In this document: positions 43,407 through 53,920 of the stretch, piece after piece
How positions within the stretch are numbered: position 1 is the stretch's first letter
How the letters are laid out: each line of letters begins with the position of its first letter
NCBI GenBank assembly: GCA_965140705.1
Contig: OZ223300.1
Coordinates: 544,001 to 608,000 of the forward strand
Length of the DNA stretch: 64,000 nucleotides
Direction of reading: 5' to 3'
Origin: an uncultured Arcobacter sp.
GTDB taxonomy: Bacteria > Campylobacterota > Campylobacteria > Campylobacterales > Arcobacteraceae
Program-made: the position numbers and the translations under genes
The notes under the pieces: model-generated
The model's input: only the letters and a program-made list of their open reading frames with translations
What the model was told of the DNA's origin: nothing
Database searches by the model: none

Positions 43407-43931
43407 ATGATTACTGCTAAAGTTCTAATTCACACAGCTCTTCAACCAGAAGCACAATATTTAATCAACTACTATAAACTCAAACAAGACAATTCTGTTC
43501 AAAATTTCAAACTGTTTTTTAATGATAATATTATTTTAATAGTCTCAGGTATGGGTAAAACTAATACTATAGATTCTTTAAAATACGTATTTGAAAACTA
43601 TAATATTAAAAAAGCTATAAATATTGGAATCGCAGGGTGTTGTGATGAGTCTATTAAGATAGGAACTCTATTTTGTACAAATAGATTGTTACCAAATATT
43701 AATTTTGCACCAATTACTACAGTTGAAGAACCTCTTGATAGTGATGAAGATTTAGAAACACTTCTCGTAGATATGGAAAGTTCACATTTTAAAGAGACTT
43801 GTTTAAAATATATAAAGGATATATATGTTTTTAAAGTGGTTTCTGATTATTTAGATGTAACAATTCCTAAAAAATCATTTGTTATTGATTTGATACAAAA
43901 AAGCTTTAAATCGTGGGAAAAATATATATGA
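43407..43931 (+). CDS. Compact purine nucleoside phosphorylase/MTAN-like protein
   Basis: TALQPEA, SGMGK, INIGIAG, VDMES, KVVSD. Confidence 0.75.
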   Translation: MITAKVLIHTALQPEAQYLINYYKLKQDNSVQNFKLFFNDNIILIVSGMGKTNTIDSLKYVFENYNIKKAINIGIAGCCDESIKIGTLFCTNRLLPNINFAPITTVEEPLDSDEDLETLLVDMESSHFKETCLKYIKDIYVFKVVSDYLDVTIPKKSFVIDLIQKSFKSWEKYI

Positions 43932-45199
43932 GTATAGAAAAATTCAATGAGCATATTACAAAAACTAACTATGAAAATCTAAAAGAGAAAAATAAAGAGT
44001 TTATCAAAGAGGTATATCTAAAATATCTTTTTTCATATCAAGAATTAAAACAACTAATCGATTTTGCAATTGATTTTAATATGTGGAATGAAAAAGAACT
44101 TTATGAAGTTTTTGAAGAAAAGTATCCTTCAAGAAAAAATGCCTTTAATCATATAAGAAAGATTTGGGAAGATTTAAAAAGTTCTTCAAATTCATATAAA
44201 ACCTTTGATGAAAAAGCATATGAAAAACCTAGAAGATTCTCTTTTAATGAGATAAAAAAAGAGAGTGTTGGTCTTGGTTCTTGTCCTGTTGCAAGTGAAA
44301 GTACTAGATGCTGTAATTTACTAACTCTAGATGCAGTTCAATCTTGTGGTTTTGATTGCTCTTATTGTTCTATTCAATCTTTTTACAATCAAGATAAAAT
44401 AGGCTTTGATGTAAATTTCAAAGATAATCTAAAAAAGTTAAAATTAGATCCAAATTATACTTATCATATAGGAACAGGACAGAGTTCTGATTCTCTTATG
44501 TGGGGAAATAAAGATGGTCTTTTAGATGCACTATTTGATTTTGCTAGGGAAAATCAAAATGTTATTTTAGAGTTTAAAACAAAATCAAATAATATAAAAT
44601 ATTTTTTGGAAAATGATGTCCCAGCAAATATTATTTGTACTTGGTCTTTAAATACACCAACAATTATAAAAAACGAAGAGCATCTAACTGCAACATTAGA
44701 ACAAAGAGTTGATGCTGCAAAAGCTTTAGCAAATAAAGGTGTAATTGTAGGATTCCATTTTCATCCAATTGTTCATTATGAAAACTATTTAGATGAATAC
44801 AAAGAGATTTTTGATAAATTAATAGCTGAATTTGATCCAGATGATGTAGCTTTAGTATCTTTTGGAACACTTACGTTTATAAAACCAGTTATAAATAAAA
44901 TAAAAAGTAGAGATTTTAAATCAAAAATCTTACAAATGCCCTTTGAAGAGATAAATAAAAAACAATCATATCCCTATGAAATAAAAAAAGAGATGTTTAA
45001 ATTTGCCTATAACTCTTTTAAAGCGTGGCACAATAAGGTATACTTCTATTTATGCATGGAAGACCACAAACTTTGGAAAGATTGTTTTGGTTATGAATAC
45101 TTTTCTAACAATCAAATGGAAGATATGATGAAAATGTCATACTTGAATAAAATTAATCAAAAAAATAGAGTTAAGAAAAATGTCAAAAGAGAAAAGTAA
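43928..45199 (+). CDS. Spore photoproduct lyase-like radical SAM protein (start moved to ATG 43928)
   Basis: CGFDCSYC, GQSSDSL, EFKTKS, WSLN, HFHP, FYLCME; ATGA overlap with the upstream gene. Confidence 0.8.
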   Translation: MSIEKFNEHITKTNYENLKEKNKEFIKEVYLKYLFSYQELKQLIDFAIDFNMWNEKELYEVFEEKYPSRKNAFNHIRKIWEDLKSSSNSYKTFDEKAYEKPRRFSFNEIKKESVGLGSCPVASESTRCCNLLTLDAVQSCGFDCSYCSIQSFYNQDKIGFDVNFKDNLKKLKLDPNYTYHIGTGQSSDSLMWGNKDGLLDALFDFARENQNVILEFKTKSNNIKYFLENDVPANIICTWSLNTPTIIKNEEHLTATLEQRVDAAKALANKGVIVGFHFHPIVHYENYLDEYKEIFDKLIAEFDPDDVALVSFGTLTFIKPVINKIKSRDFKSKILQMPFEEINKKQSYPYEIKKEMFKFAYNSFKAWHNKVYFYLCMEDHKLWKDCFGYEYFSNNQMEDMMKMSYLNKINQKNRVKKNVKREK

Positions 45200-46060
45200 A
45201 TTAAATGAAAAAGAAATTACTTTAACCCTATCAGGTGGAGGTGTAAGAACAGCTGCTTCTCTTGGAGTAATAAAATACTTAGAAGAAAATAATTTTAAAA
45301 TAAAAAAACTCTCAGGAACAAGTGGGGGAGCAATAATTGCTTTACTTTATGCCTATGGTTTTTCAATAGATGAGATTAAAGAGTTTTTTTTTACAATAAA
45401 TAAATGGGATTTATTTAGATTTAGATTCAACTCGATTTTAAGTTTAAATAAAGTAGAAAAGAAATTAAGAGCTTTTATTAAAGATAAAGAGATAAAAATA
45501 CCAGTTGAAATATGTGTAACTAATATTGAAACAGGAAAAGCAGAATATCATAGTAAAAATGATTTGATAAAATCAACTATAGCCTCTTGTTCTCTTTTAC
45601 CATATTTCTCATCAGTTGAAATTGATAAAAAGCATTATGTAGATGGTGGATATAGTGATAATTTGCCTAATAAAAATCTTTGCAAAATGAAATGTTTAAA
45701 TATAAGCGTAAATGTTAATAATTTACCAAATAAATTTTCTTATAAAAAAGATGTTTTACATAAAAGATCATTGTTTATATTAACCCAAAGTGCTATGAAA
45801 AGAGCAAAAAAAAGAGCAGATTATTTTGTGAATATAGATACTATTTCAGAAATAAAATTATTTGATTTTAAAAGTTTTGATTTTGTTTTAAAAGAGGGAT
45901 ATAAAAAAGCAAATGAAATACTAAATGTAGGAAAATTAAATAAAAATCTATAGTTTATGGAGAGTTCCATTACAAGGCTTTTTATGGTATTATTCCAAGT
46001 TTAAGTAATAATTAAATTGAAAATATGATGAAAATGTCATATTTAAGTAAAATAAATAAA
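45106..46060 (+). repeat. Diverged direct repeat (45106-45160 and 46006-46060) flanking the patatin gene
   Basis: 46/55 identical by manual alignment; exact 19-bp core ATATGATGAAAATGTCATA; offset 900 nt. Confidence 0.85.
45180..45953 (+). CDS. Patatin-like phospholipase
   Basis: LSGGG, GTSGG (catalytic Ser), DGG. Confidence 0.92.
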   Translation: MSKEKSKLNEKEITLTLSGGGVRTAASLGVIKYLEENNFKIKKLSGTSGGAIIALLYAYGFSIDEIKEFFFTINKWDLFRFRFNSILSLNKVEKKLRAFIKDKEIKIPVEICVTNIETGKAEYHSKNDLIKSTIASCSLLPYFSSVEIDKKHYVDGGYSDNLPNKNLCKMKCLNISVNVNNLPNKFSYKKDVLHKRSLFILTQSAMKRAKKRADYFVNIDTISEIKLFDFKSFDFVLKEGYKKANEILNVGKLNKNL

Positions 46061-46069
46061 AGAAGATAA

Positions 46070-46816
46070 ATGAATATACTTGAAATAGATAAATTAAGCT
46101 TTTCATATGATAAACAAGTTATTCTTGAAGATATAAGTTTAACAATAAAAGAGAATGATTTTTTAGCGATTATTGGACCTAATGGTGGAGGAAAATCCAC
46201 CTTATTAAAAGCAATTTTGGGAATAAACAAAGTTAAAAAAGGGAAAATAAAATTCTTAGGTTCAAAAGTTGAAAAAAATATTTCTACAATAGGGTATGTT
46301 CCTCAAAATACAAATGTAAATGTAAATTTTCCAATAAAAGTAATTGAAGTAGTAATGATGGGGCATGTTGGGCATAAGCGACCATTACTTGGGTATAAAA
46401 AAGAAGAGATAGCTTGTGCTATGGGTGCTTTGGAACAAGTTGGTATGCAAGATTTTGCCAATGCAAAAATTGGAACTCTTTCAGGAGGGCAAAGACAAAG
46501 AGTAATGATAGCACGTGCACTTTGTGCTCACCCTAAAATCTTACTTTTAGATGAACCTACAGCTAGTATTGATGTGGATGGACAAAAACAAATTTATGAT
46601 TTATTAAAACTTCTAAATAAATCAATCACAATTGTAGTTGTAAGTCATGATATTTCGGTTATTTTAGGTTATGCCTCAAAAGTTGCTCACATAAATAAAA
46701 AATTGACTTTCCATGATATCTCAAATAGAAGAAATGATATTCCCAATGCTGATAATCATTTTTGTGAAGTTGAAATGCTTCAATTATTTGGTACACAAAA
46801 GAGTTGCGGATGTTAG
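46070..46816 (+). CDS. znuC: Zn/Mn ABC transporter ATP-binding protein
   Basis: GPNGGGKST, GYVPQ, LSGGQRQR, LDEP; His/Cys tail. Confidence 0.85.
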   Translation: MNILEIDKLSFSYDKQVILEDISLTIKENDFLAIIGPNGGGKSTLLKAILGINKVKKGKIKFLGSKVEKNISTIGYVPQNTNVNVNFPIKVIEVVMMGHVGHKRPLLGYKKEEIACAMGALEQVGMQDFANAKIGTLSGGQRQRVMIARALCAHPKILLLDEPTASIDVDGQKQIYDLLKLLNKSITIVVVSHDISVILGYASKVAHINKKLTFHDISNRRNDIPNADNHFCEVEMLQLFGTQKSCGC

Positions 46817-47619
46817 AGGTATTAAATTATACATTTATTCAAAATGCAATTATTGCAGGAGTGTTAGTTAGTATTGCTGCTGGAATTATTGGTTCATTGA
46901 TTGTTGTAAATAGAATGGTATTTTTAGCAGGTGGAATGGCACATACTTCTTATGGTGGAATTGGAATAGCCATTTATTTTGGACTTCCAATTTTTTTAGG
47001 AGCTACAGTGTTTTCAATTGGTGCTGCTCTTTTAATGTCATATTTAACCCTTTATCAAAGGGAAAGAATAGATACTTTTATTGGCCTTATTTGGGCTTGT
47101 GGTATGGCTATTGGGATTATTTTAGTGGATTTAACGCCTGGATATAATGTAGATTTGATGAGTTATTTATTTGGATCAATCTTAGCTGTTGGAAGTGATG
47201 ACTTAATTTTTATGGCAATATTAGTAGCTTTTATAATTATAATAGTAAGTCTTTTTTATAGGGATATTTTAGCTGTTTCATATGATAGTGAATATGCCTC
47301 TTTAAGAGGAATAAATGTAAAAGTATTTTATACCTTGATTTTAGTTTTATCAGCATTAACAGTTGTGATTGCAATTAAAGTTGTGGGATTGATTTTGGTA
47401 ATTGCTCTTTTGACGATTCCAATATATATTGCTGAAAAACTATCAAATTCATTATATGGAATGATGGCAATATCAGCCCTTTTATCTTCGCTTTTTACTT
47501 TAGTTGGTCTTTATTTGTCTTATACTTTTAATTTGACTTCAGGGGCAACTATAATAATTGTAAGCGCAATGTCACTATTTATGTTTATAATATATAAAAA
47601 AATTAGAGTTGGTGTTTAA
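46810..47619 (+). CDS. znuB: Zn/Mn ABC transporter permease (start moved to ATG 46810)
   Basis: AHTSYGG, YLFGSIL, VVGLILV. Confidence 0.85.
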   Translation: MLEVLNYTFIQNAIIAGVLVSIAAGIIGSLIVVNRMVFLAGGMAHTSYGGIGIAIYFGLPIFLGATVFSIGAALLMSYLTLYQRERIDTFIGLIWACGMAIGIILVDLTPGYNVDLMSYLFGSILAVGSDDLIFMAILVAFIIIIVSLFYRDILAVSYDSEYASLRGINVKVFYTLILVLSALTVVIAIKVVGLILVIALLTIPIYIAEKLSNSLYGMMAISALLSSLFTLVGLYLSYTFNLTSGATIIIVSAMSLFMFIIYKKIRVGV

Positions 47620-48227
47620 TGTTACATGAAATAGTTGACTTCATCGTTCAAACAGTTGGAAGTTTAGGTTATATAGGAATATTTATTATGATGTTTTTAG
47701 AAAGCTCTTTTTTCCCTTTCCCTAGTGAAGTAGTTATGGTGCCAGCTGGATATTTAGCCTATCAAGGTGAGATGAATATGGGTATTGCAATTATTTGTGG
47801 AGTATTGGGAAGTTTATCAGGTGCTTTATTTAACTACTACTTAGCTGTAAAATTTGGAAGAAAGTTTTTAATTAAATATGGAAAGTATTTTTTTATAAGT
47901 GAAGAAACTATAAATAAAATGGAAAAGTTTTTTAAAGATCATGGGCATATCTCAACTTTTTCAGGAAGATTAATTCCAGCTGTTCGACAATATATCTCAT
48001 TTCCAGCAGGTTTAGCAAAAATGAATATATTTTTATTCTCTTTATATACTAGTTTAGGTGCTGCTGTTTGGGTTATAATATTAGCTTTAGTTGGATATTT
48101 TATAGGGGATAATCAACTTTTAATTAAAGAGTATTTAAGAGTTATTATTATTGCTATTTTAATAGTTTTATCTATAGTTGCATACTTTTATTATAAAAAT
48201 TTTAAAAGAAAAAGTTTAAACCAATGA
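47619..48227 (+). CDS. DedA family membrane protein
   Basis: [26 protein letters not shown]. Confidence 0.93.
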   Translation: MLHEIVDFIVQTVGSLGYIGIFIMMFLESSFFPFPSEVVMVPAGYLAYQGEMNMGIAIICGVLGSLSGALFNYYLAVKFGRKFLIKYGKYFFISEETINKMEKFFKDHGHISTFSGRLIPAVRQYISFPAGLAKMNIFLFSLYTSLGAAVWVIILALVGYFIGDNQLLIKEYLRVIIIAILIVLSIVAYFYYKNFKRKSLNQ

Positions 48228-48859
48228 AAGCAATAGTTACAGGATATAGCTCAGGAATAGGGAAAGCTATTTCTGATATTTTAGAAAGTAATGCTTATGA
48301 AGTAATAAAGTTAAAAAGTAGGCTAAATAATTTTGAGGCTTTAGAAAAAGAGATAAAATCTTTACTTAAAGAAAATGATATTAATATTCTGGTAAATTGT
48401 GCAGGTATTGGTATTTTTAAACCCCATGAAGAGGTATCATTAGCTAAAATAAAAGAGTTAATTGATGTCAATTTAACAGCACCAATTATTTTATCAAATT
48501 TGCTCCTTAGAAGTTTGAAAAAAACAAAAGGGCATATTATAAATGTAGCTTCAATAGAAGCCACAAGACATTCGAAGTTTTCGGCACTTTATACTGCTAC
48601 TAAATCAGGACTTAGGAATTTTGGTTTAGCACTATTTGAAGAGCTTAGGCGAAGTGATGTTAAAGTTACAACAATAAATCCAGACCTTACAAAAACAAAT
48701 TTTTTTAATGATTTTAATTTTGAACCAGGAGATAGCAAAAATTCATACCTTATAGCTGAAGATATTGCAAAAAGTGTATTAGAAATTATAAATTATAATG
48801 GTGTTATAACTGATATAACAATTAGGCCTCAAAAATTAGAGATAAAAAAGAAGATTTAA
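48224..48859 (+). CDS. SDR family oxidoreductase
   Basis: [17 protein letters not shown]. Confidence 0.92.
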   Translation: MKAIVTGYSSGIGKAISDILESNAYEVIKLKSRLNNFEALEKEIKSLLKENDINILVNCAGIGIFKPHEEVSLAKIKELIDVNLTAPIILSNLLLRSLKKTKGHIINVASIEATRHSKFSALYTATKSGLRNFGLALFEELRRSDVKVTTINPDLTKTNFFNDFNFEPGDSKNSYLIAEDIAKSVLEIINYNGVITDITIRPQKLEIKKKI

Positions 48860-48860
48860 T

Positions 48861-50234
48861 ATGAATGAAAAAAACATAGAACAACTTGATCAATTAATTG
48901 AAATACTTAATAGTGAAATATTAGAGTTCAAAAAAGACAATAACAATAGTGTTCACCCTTATGATATCTCTGAACAACTTTTAAAGCTTAGAGATATTGA
49001 TGAAGATGAATACTCTAAAATGCTTAAAAAAATCCCAAGTGCTCTTCTTGCTGAAGTTTTATCTGAGATGCCAGATATTGTTCAAGAAGAGATTAGTGAT
49101 CATATCAGTACTAAAAAAATAGTTGCAATTACATCAAGTATGGATACCGATGATGCAGCTGACTTTATTCAAAATATCTCTGAAGATAATGAAGAGTTAG
49201 CCCAAGAGATTTTGGAAAGTTTTGATGAAGAAGATAAAGAAGTACTTGAGCAACTTATCTCTTATAGTGATGATGAAGCTGGTGCTTACATGCAAACAGA
49301 GCTTTTTAGTGCAAGAAATGATGAAAAAATTGGTGATGCAATAAAAAGGCTAAAAGATTTAAAAGAAATTGGAGAAGTTGATAATATTTGGCATTGTCAT
49401 ATTACAGGTAAAAGAGGCGAATATATAGGAAGTGTTGGATTAGAAGAGTTAATAATCTTTGAACATGATATGAAGTTTTCTGATATTCCAAGTGATAAAT
49501 TAAGAAATTATAAGATTTCTCATAAAGCTGACTTAAAAGATGTGGTAGAGATGGTTACAAACTATAACTTATCTAGTTTACCTGTTGTGGATAATAGAAA
49601 TAGACTTATTGGTAGAATTACATCAGATGACGTTTATGACATCATCCAAGATAGTGCGACTGAGCAAATCTATAACATGGCAGGGGTTAATGATGAAGCA
49701 GAGCAAGAAGAGAGCATGTATCAAATCGGAAAGAGTAGAGCGATTTGGTTAGGTGTAAACTTGGTTACTGCAATTGCTGCTTCTATTGTAATTGGGATGT
49801 TTGATGCAACTATTCAATCCCTTGTTGCCTTAGCAGTACTTATGCCAATAGTAGCTTCTATGGGTGGAAATGCAGGAACACAAACATTAACCGTAACTGT
49901 AAGACAGTTAGCTTTAGGTGATATTGAAAATGAAGATGCAAAAAAAACTATAATAAAAGAAGTAATAATATCTTTGGTAAATGGTTTTCTTTTTGCAGGA
50001 GTGGTAGGCTTAATTGCATATTTATGGTTTAAATTGCCACTATTGGGTCTTGTTATTGCAATGTCTATGGTTATTAATCTAATTAGTGCAGGGTTTTTTG
50101 GTGCAGTTATACCTTTAACTTTACAAAAATTAAAAATTGACCCAGCAATTGGAAGTACAGTATTACTTACAACTGTTACTGATGTTGTTGGATTTTTTAG
50201 TTTCTTAGGACTTGCAACTTTAATACTTCTATAA
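48861..50234 (+). CDS. mgtE: Magnesium transporter MgtE
   Basis: CBS domains; MGGNAGTQ; DPAIGS...TTVTDVVG. Confidence 0.95.
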   Translation: MNEKNIEQLDQLIEILNSEILEFKKDNNNSVHPYDISEQLLKLRDIDEDEYSKMLKKIPSALLAEVLSEMPDIVQEEISDHISTKKIVAITSSMDTDDAADFIQNISEDNEELAQEILESFDEEDKEVLEQLISYSDDEAGAYMQTELFSARNDEKIGDAIKRLKDLKEIGEVDNIWHCHITGKRGEYIGSVGLEELIIFEHDMKFSDIPSDKLRNYKISHKADLKDVVEMVTNYNLSSLPVVDNRNRLIGRITSDDVYDIIQDSATEQIYNMAGVNDEAEQEESMYQIGKSRAIWLGVNLVTAIAASIVIGMFDATIQSLVALAVLMPIVASMGGNAGTQTLTVTVRQLALGDIENEDAKKTIIKEVIISLVNGFLFAGVVGLIAYLWFKLPLLGLVIAMSMVINLISAGFFGAVIPLTLQKLKIDPAIGSTVLLTTVTDVVGFFSFLGLATLILL

Positions 50235-50705
50235 TTAGATTATTGGTCTTTTGTACCTCATGAAATATAAAGATGGGAGTGCAAGACCAAAACTAATCGC
50301 TCCAATAATAGAGACTGATTTTAATCCATTGTCAATAAAAATGGCAATTAATTCCATACTTACTCCATGGGAATTCATATCAACTAAACTTATCATTGCA
50401 GTAAAAGCATAAGTTCCTGGAATCATAGGAATAATGGAAGCAACAGTATAAATAGGTCTTGGAACTAAATTTTTTCTTGACCAATATAAGGCAATAATAC
50501 CAATAATTACTGAAGAAAAAAATGTTGATAATTCTATTGTCAAATGTAAAGTCATAAAAAATTCTCTACAAGTATAAACAATAGCTCCACCCATGGCACA
50601 ATATTTTAGTGCCGATTTGGGTACATTAAAAAGCATTGCAAATCCAACAGCTGGAATAGCTGCAAAAATAGCATGTAAAAAAATATTTTCTAAAGTATCA
50701 ATCAT
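50235..50705 (-). CDS. ThrE family exporter, YjjB-like subunit
   Basis: GFAMLFNVP, IIPMIPG. Confidence 0.88.
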   Translation of the reverse strand: MIDTLENIFLHAIFAAIPAVGFAMLFNVPKSALKYCAMGGAIVYTCREFFMTLHLTIELSTFFSSVIIGIIALYWSRKNLVPRPIYTVASIIPMIPGTYAFTAMISLVDMNSHGVSMELIAIFIDNGLKSVSIIGAISFGLALPSLYFMRYKRPII

Positions 50706-50706
50706 C

Positions 50707-51474
50707 TTACCAACCCTTTATATTAAAAACTGACATGGCAATAATTATTCCAATAGAAGTTGCAAGTGTCAAAAGTGAAGCTTGCATCCATCGTCCCCAA
50801 GCCATTGATAGATACCCTTTAGTTGCATCAAGCATTGAGTTTATAAATGGAAATCCAGGAACTAAAAGTAAAACAGATGCTGATAAAACAATATTTGAAG
50901 TGGAACTAATATTAAAATATGATGCCAAGTGTGCAATTGCTGTTGCACAAAAAGCTGTAATTCCAAATGTTAAAATTAAAACAAATTTCTTTTTTGCTAA
51001 CTCTTGTCTTATAATCATTGCTATTGAAGCAGCAAAAAAAGTTACAAAAAAACCATTTAAATCTATACCTCTTAAATATCCAAAAGAGGCACAAGACAGT
51101 CCTACCATAAAGACCACAAGCCATCTATTATAATAGTTTGGTTTTATATTCTTTAAAGTAGTTGTTATAAAATCAGCAGACAAATTAGGATTCTTTTCAG
51201 CATCAATAGTCATTTTTTGTACGTCATAAACAATTGACATATTAATTGGTTTGTGATGTGAACGCCTTGTGGTAGTTACTGATTGTGAGTCTTTTAAAGT
51301 AGTTAATACAATAGCAGAAGGTATTAAAGAGATTTCAACAGAATCAACACCTAGAGCTTTACCCAATCTTTGAGCTGTTTGTTCTACTAAAATACTTTCA
51401 GCTCCAAATTCTAACATTAATACAGCTGATTTTATAACAGCTCTTGTAATTTTTGTTTGTTCTTCATAATTCAT
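50707..51474 (-). CDS. ThrE family exporter, YjjP-like subunit (start moved to ATG 51474)
   Basis: GAESILVE, INM, ASVLLLVPGFP. Confidence 0.88.
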   Translation of the reverse strand: MNYEEQTKITRAVIKSAVLMLEFGAESILVEQTAQRLGKALGVDSVEISLIPSAIVLTTLKDSQSVTTTRRSHHKPINMSIVYDVQKMTIDAEKNPNLSADFITTTLKNIKPNYYNRWLVVFMVGLSCASFGYLRGIDLNGFFVTFFAASIAMIIRQELAKKKFVLILTFGITAFCATAIAHLASYFNISSTSNIVLSASVLLLVPGFPFINSMLDATKGYLSMAWGRWMQASLLTLATSIGIIIAMSVFNIKGW

Positions 51475-51679
51475 TAGTTTTTTTCCATAAAAGTATTTTA
51501 TCACTTTTATTAAAAAACTTTGAAATATAATTGTATAAAAAATAGTATATTTTTCTATTTTTTGTTCCAAGTTGAACTAATATACACATAAAAGTAAATA
51601 AAATCAAATAATTTAGAGGTAAACAAGGCTTTATAATGTAGTTTTGATTATAATTTCAAAATTAAATCAAGGAATACTA

Positions 51680-52015
51680 TTGAAGAATCTTACAAACTTT
51701 TTTTTAGAAAAAAAAGATATCATTTTTAAAGAATTAAATGAAGTATTGCCAAAAGAGTTAAATAGTAGAAAAAAAATTGAAATATATTGTGGGACATCTA
51801 CAAATAAAGAGTTTATTGCAATATTTATATATAATTCAAAAAGTAGATTTATTAGAAAAAATGTAGAAGATTTAGAAAAAATGTTTGATACTCTTATAGA
51901 TTATAAAGGACACAACTTTAAGAAAAAGTATTTACTTATAAGTTCACCTTTGTGTTCAAAAGCAAAAAAAACATTACAAGATAATAACTGGAGTATTGAT
52001 ATTGATTTTATGTGA
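51680..52015 (+). CDS. Hypothetical protein upstream of coaX (start moved to TTG 51680)
   Basis: AAGGAA RBS; overlaps coaX start; KSRF and PLCSKA segments. Confidence 0.7.
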   Translation: MKNLTNFFLEKKDIIFKELNEVLPKELNSRKKIEIYCGTSTNKEFIAIFIYNSKSRFIRKNVEDLEKMFDTLIDYKGHNFKKKYLLISSPLCSKAKKTLQDNNWSIDIDFM

Positions 52016-52625
52016 TATAGGAAATAGTACATACCATTTTTTGATAAATGGTAAGGACAAAAGATATTTATTAGATGAAGAACTACCTAAATTTGATGAT
52101 GAAATATATTTTGTCTCTGTAAATGATAGAGGTTCTAAGAAACTTATAAAATCAAATCCACAAGCAAAAAATATAGAAAAGCTAATGAAGTTTGAGACAG
52201 AATATAAAGGCTTGGGAATAGATAGAGCACTTGCATGTTATTTTGAAAAAAATTGTGTAGTTGTAGATGCAGGAAGTGCTATAACAGTTGATATTATGGA
52301 TGAGAAACATTCTGGTGGTTTTATATTACCAGGTTGTAGAGCATATATGAATACTTACCCTAAAATCTCCAAAAAACTAAATTTTGATTTTGATATAAAT
52401 ATAAATTTGGATAAAATACCGCTTCAAACAAAAGATGCTATATCATATGCTATGATGAAATCTATTATTTTACCAATCAAAGAAGTAAGCAAAAACAGAA
52501 AAATCATTTTTACAGGTGGCGACGGAGAGCTATTTAGTAAATATTTTGAAAATAGTGTATATAAAAAAGATTTGATATTTATGAACATGAAAAGGATTAT
52601 TGATGCTAACAATTGCATTGCCTAA
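51996..52625 (+). CDS. coaX: Type III pantothenate kinase
   Basis: DIGNS, LGIDR, VDAGSAITVD, GGFILPG, TGGDG. Confidence 0.94.
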   Translation: MILILCDIGNSTYHFLINGKDKRYLLDEELPKFDDEIYFVSVNDRGSKKLIKSNPQAKNIEKLMKFETEYKGLGIDRALACYFEKNCVVVDAGSAITVDIMDEKHSGGFILPGCRAYMNTYPKISKKLNFDFDININLDKIPLQTKDAISYAMMKSIILPIKEVSKNRKIIFTGGDGELFSKYFENSVYKKDLIFMNMKRIIDANNCIA

Positions 52626-53211
52626 GGGAAGAATTGCAGAAGAGACTTTAGACAAATTTGAGAAAGCTTTTGGTGAAAAGTTTATATTTGAAAAAAGAAA
52701 ATTAATTTTAGAGAAAAGTGGATTTAAATTTTTAAATGTAAGAAACCAAGATGTACCAACTTATGTAATGCATGGAGCTGCTGATTTAGGTGTTGTTGGC
52801 TTAGATGTTTTAGAAGAAAAAGAGTATGACTTAATCAAACTTCTTGATTTGCAATTAGGAAAGTGCAAAGTTGCTTTTGGACTTAGAAAGGGAGAAGAGT
52901 TAGACTTCTCTAAAAGTAAAATTACAGTTGCAACAAAACATGAAAAAATAGCAAAAAGATATTTTGAAGAAAAAGCCATGGCTGTTGAGATTATCAAACT
53001 TTATGGTTCAATAGAACTTGCACCTTTAGTTAATCTAAGTGATTGTATTGTGGATATTGTAGAAACTGGTGAAACGATGAAACAAAATGGCTTAGAAGTG
53101 GGTCCAACTATTATGTTAAGTAGTGCACACTTAATAGCAAACAAAAACTCATATTATGCAAAAAAAGATAAAATTTTAGAATTAAGAGAAAGAATCAAAG
53201 CAGTTTTATAA
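52603..53211 (+). CDS. hisG: ATP phosphoribosyltransferase, short form
   Basis: IALPKGRI, DVPTYV, LYGSIELAP, DIVETG. Confidence 0.96.
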   Translation: MLTIALPKGRIAEETLDKFEKAFGEKFIFEKRKLILEKSGFKFLNVRNQDVPTYVMHGAADLGVVGLDVLEEKEYDLIKLLDLQLGKCKVAFGLRKGEELDFSKSKITVATKHEKIAKRYFEEKAMAVEIIKLYGSIELAPLVNLSDCIVDIVETGETMKQNGLEVGPTIMLSSAHLIANKNSYYAKKDKILELRERIKAVL

Positions 53212-53909
53212 TGGGTCTAAATTTATATGCAAAAATAGAAGAGTATTTAGATTTTGAAGATGAGGTTTTTAGACTTCATAGTGAATTTATCTCTATAATA
53301 ATAGAAAAGAAACTTGACAATATCCTAGATGTAGGTTGTGGACAAGGCTCTTTTTTAAATCAATTAGCTACTTTAAAGTTAAACTCTTACGGTATAGATT
53401 TAAGTAGTGAACAAATAAAAATATGCAAAAAAAATGGCATCAAAAATGTAGCAAGTTTGCCTTTAAATGAAGTAAAAGAAAAATATGATTGCACAACTGC
53501 AATTTTTGATGTTATCAATTATATACCAAAAAAAGATGTAAAAACATTTTTTACTGAGATGAATCTTGTTTTAAATCAAGGCGGATATTTTATTTTTGAT
53601 GTAAACTCATTTTTTGGATTTGAAGATGTAGCACAAGGAACTTTGAGTATGGATTTAGGTGATAAATTTATAGTTATAGATGCCGTCTTTGAAGAAGAGA
53701 AACTATTTACAGATATTACCCTTTTTACACAAGATAAAAACAATCTTTTCAAAAAAGAGAATGATGCTATTATTCAATATTACTATGAAACAAATGAATT
53801 AAAAAAACTTCTAAAAGAGTCTGGTTTTGAAGTTGAAAGAGTAATTGAATTTAATCTGCATGACTATGGTCAAAATGATAAGGAAATATATATCTGTAAA
53901 AAATCTTAA
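53211..53909 (+). CDS. Class I SAM-dependent methyltransferase
   Basis: LDVGCGQG, GIDLS, GGYFIFD. Confidence 0.9.
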   Translation: MGLNLYAKIEEYLDFEDEVFRLHSEFISIIIEKKLDNILDVGCGQGSFLNQLATLKLNSYGIDLSSEQIKICKKNGIKNVASLPLNEVKEKYDCTTAIFDVINYIPKKDVKTFFTEMNLVLNQGGYFIFDVNSFFGFEDVAQGTLSMDLGDKFIVIDAVFEEEKLFTDITLFTQDKNNLFKKENDAIIQYYYETNELKKLLKESGFEVERVIEFNLHDYGQNDKEIYICKKS

Positions 53910-53920
53910 AAGGATTTTTT

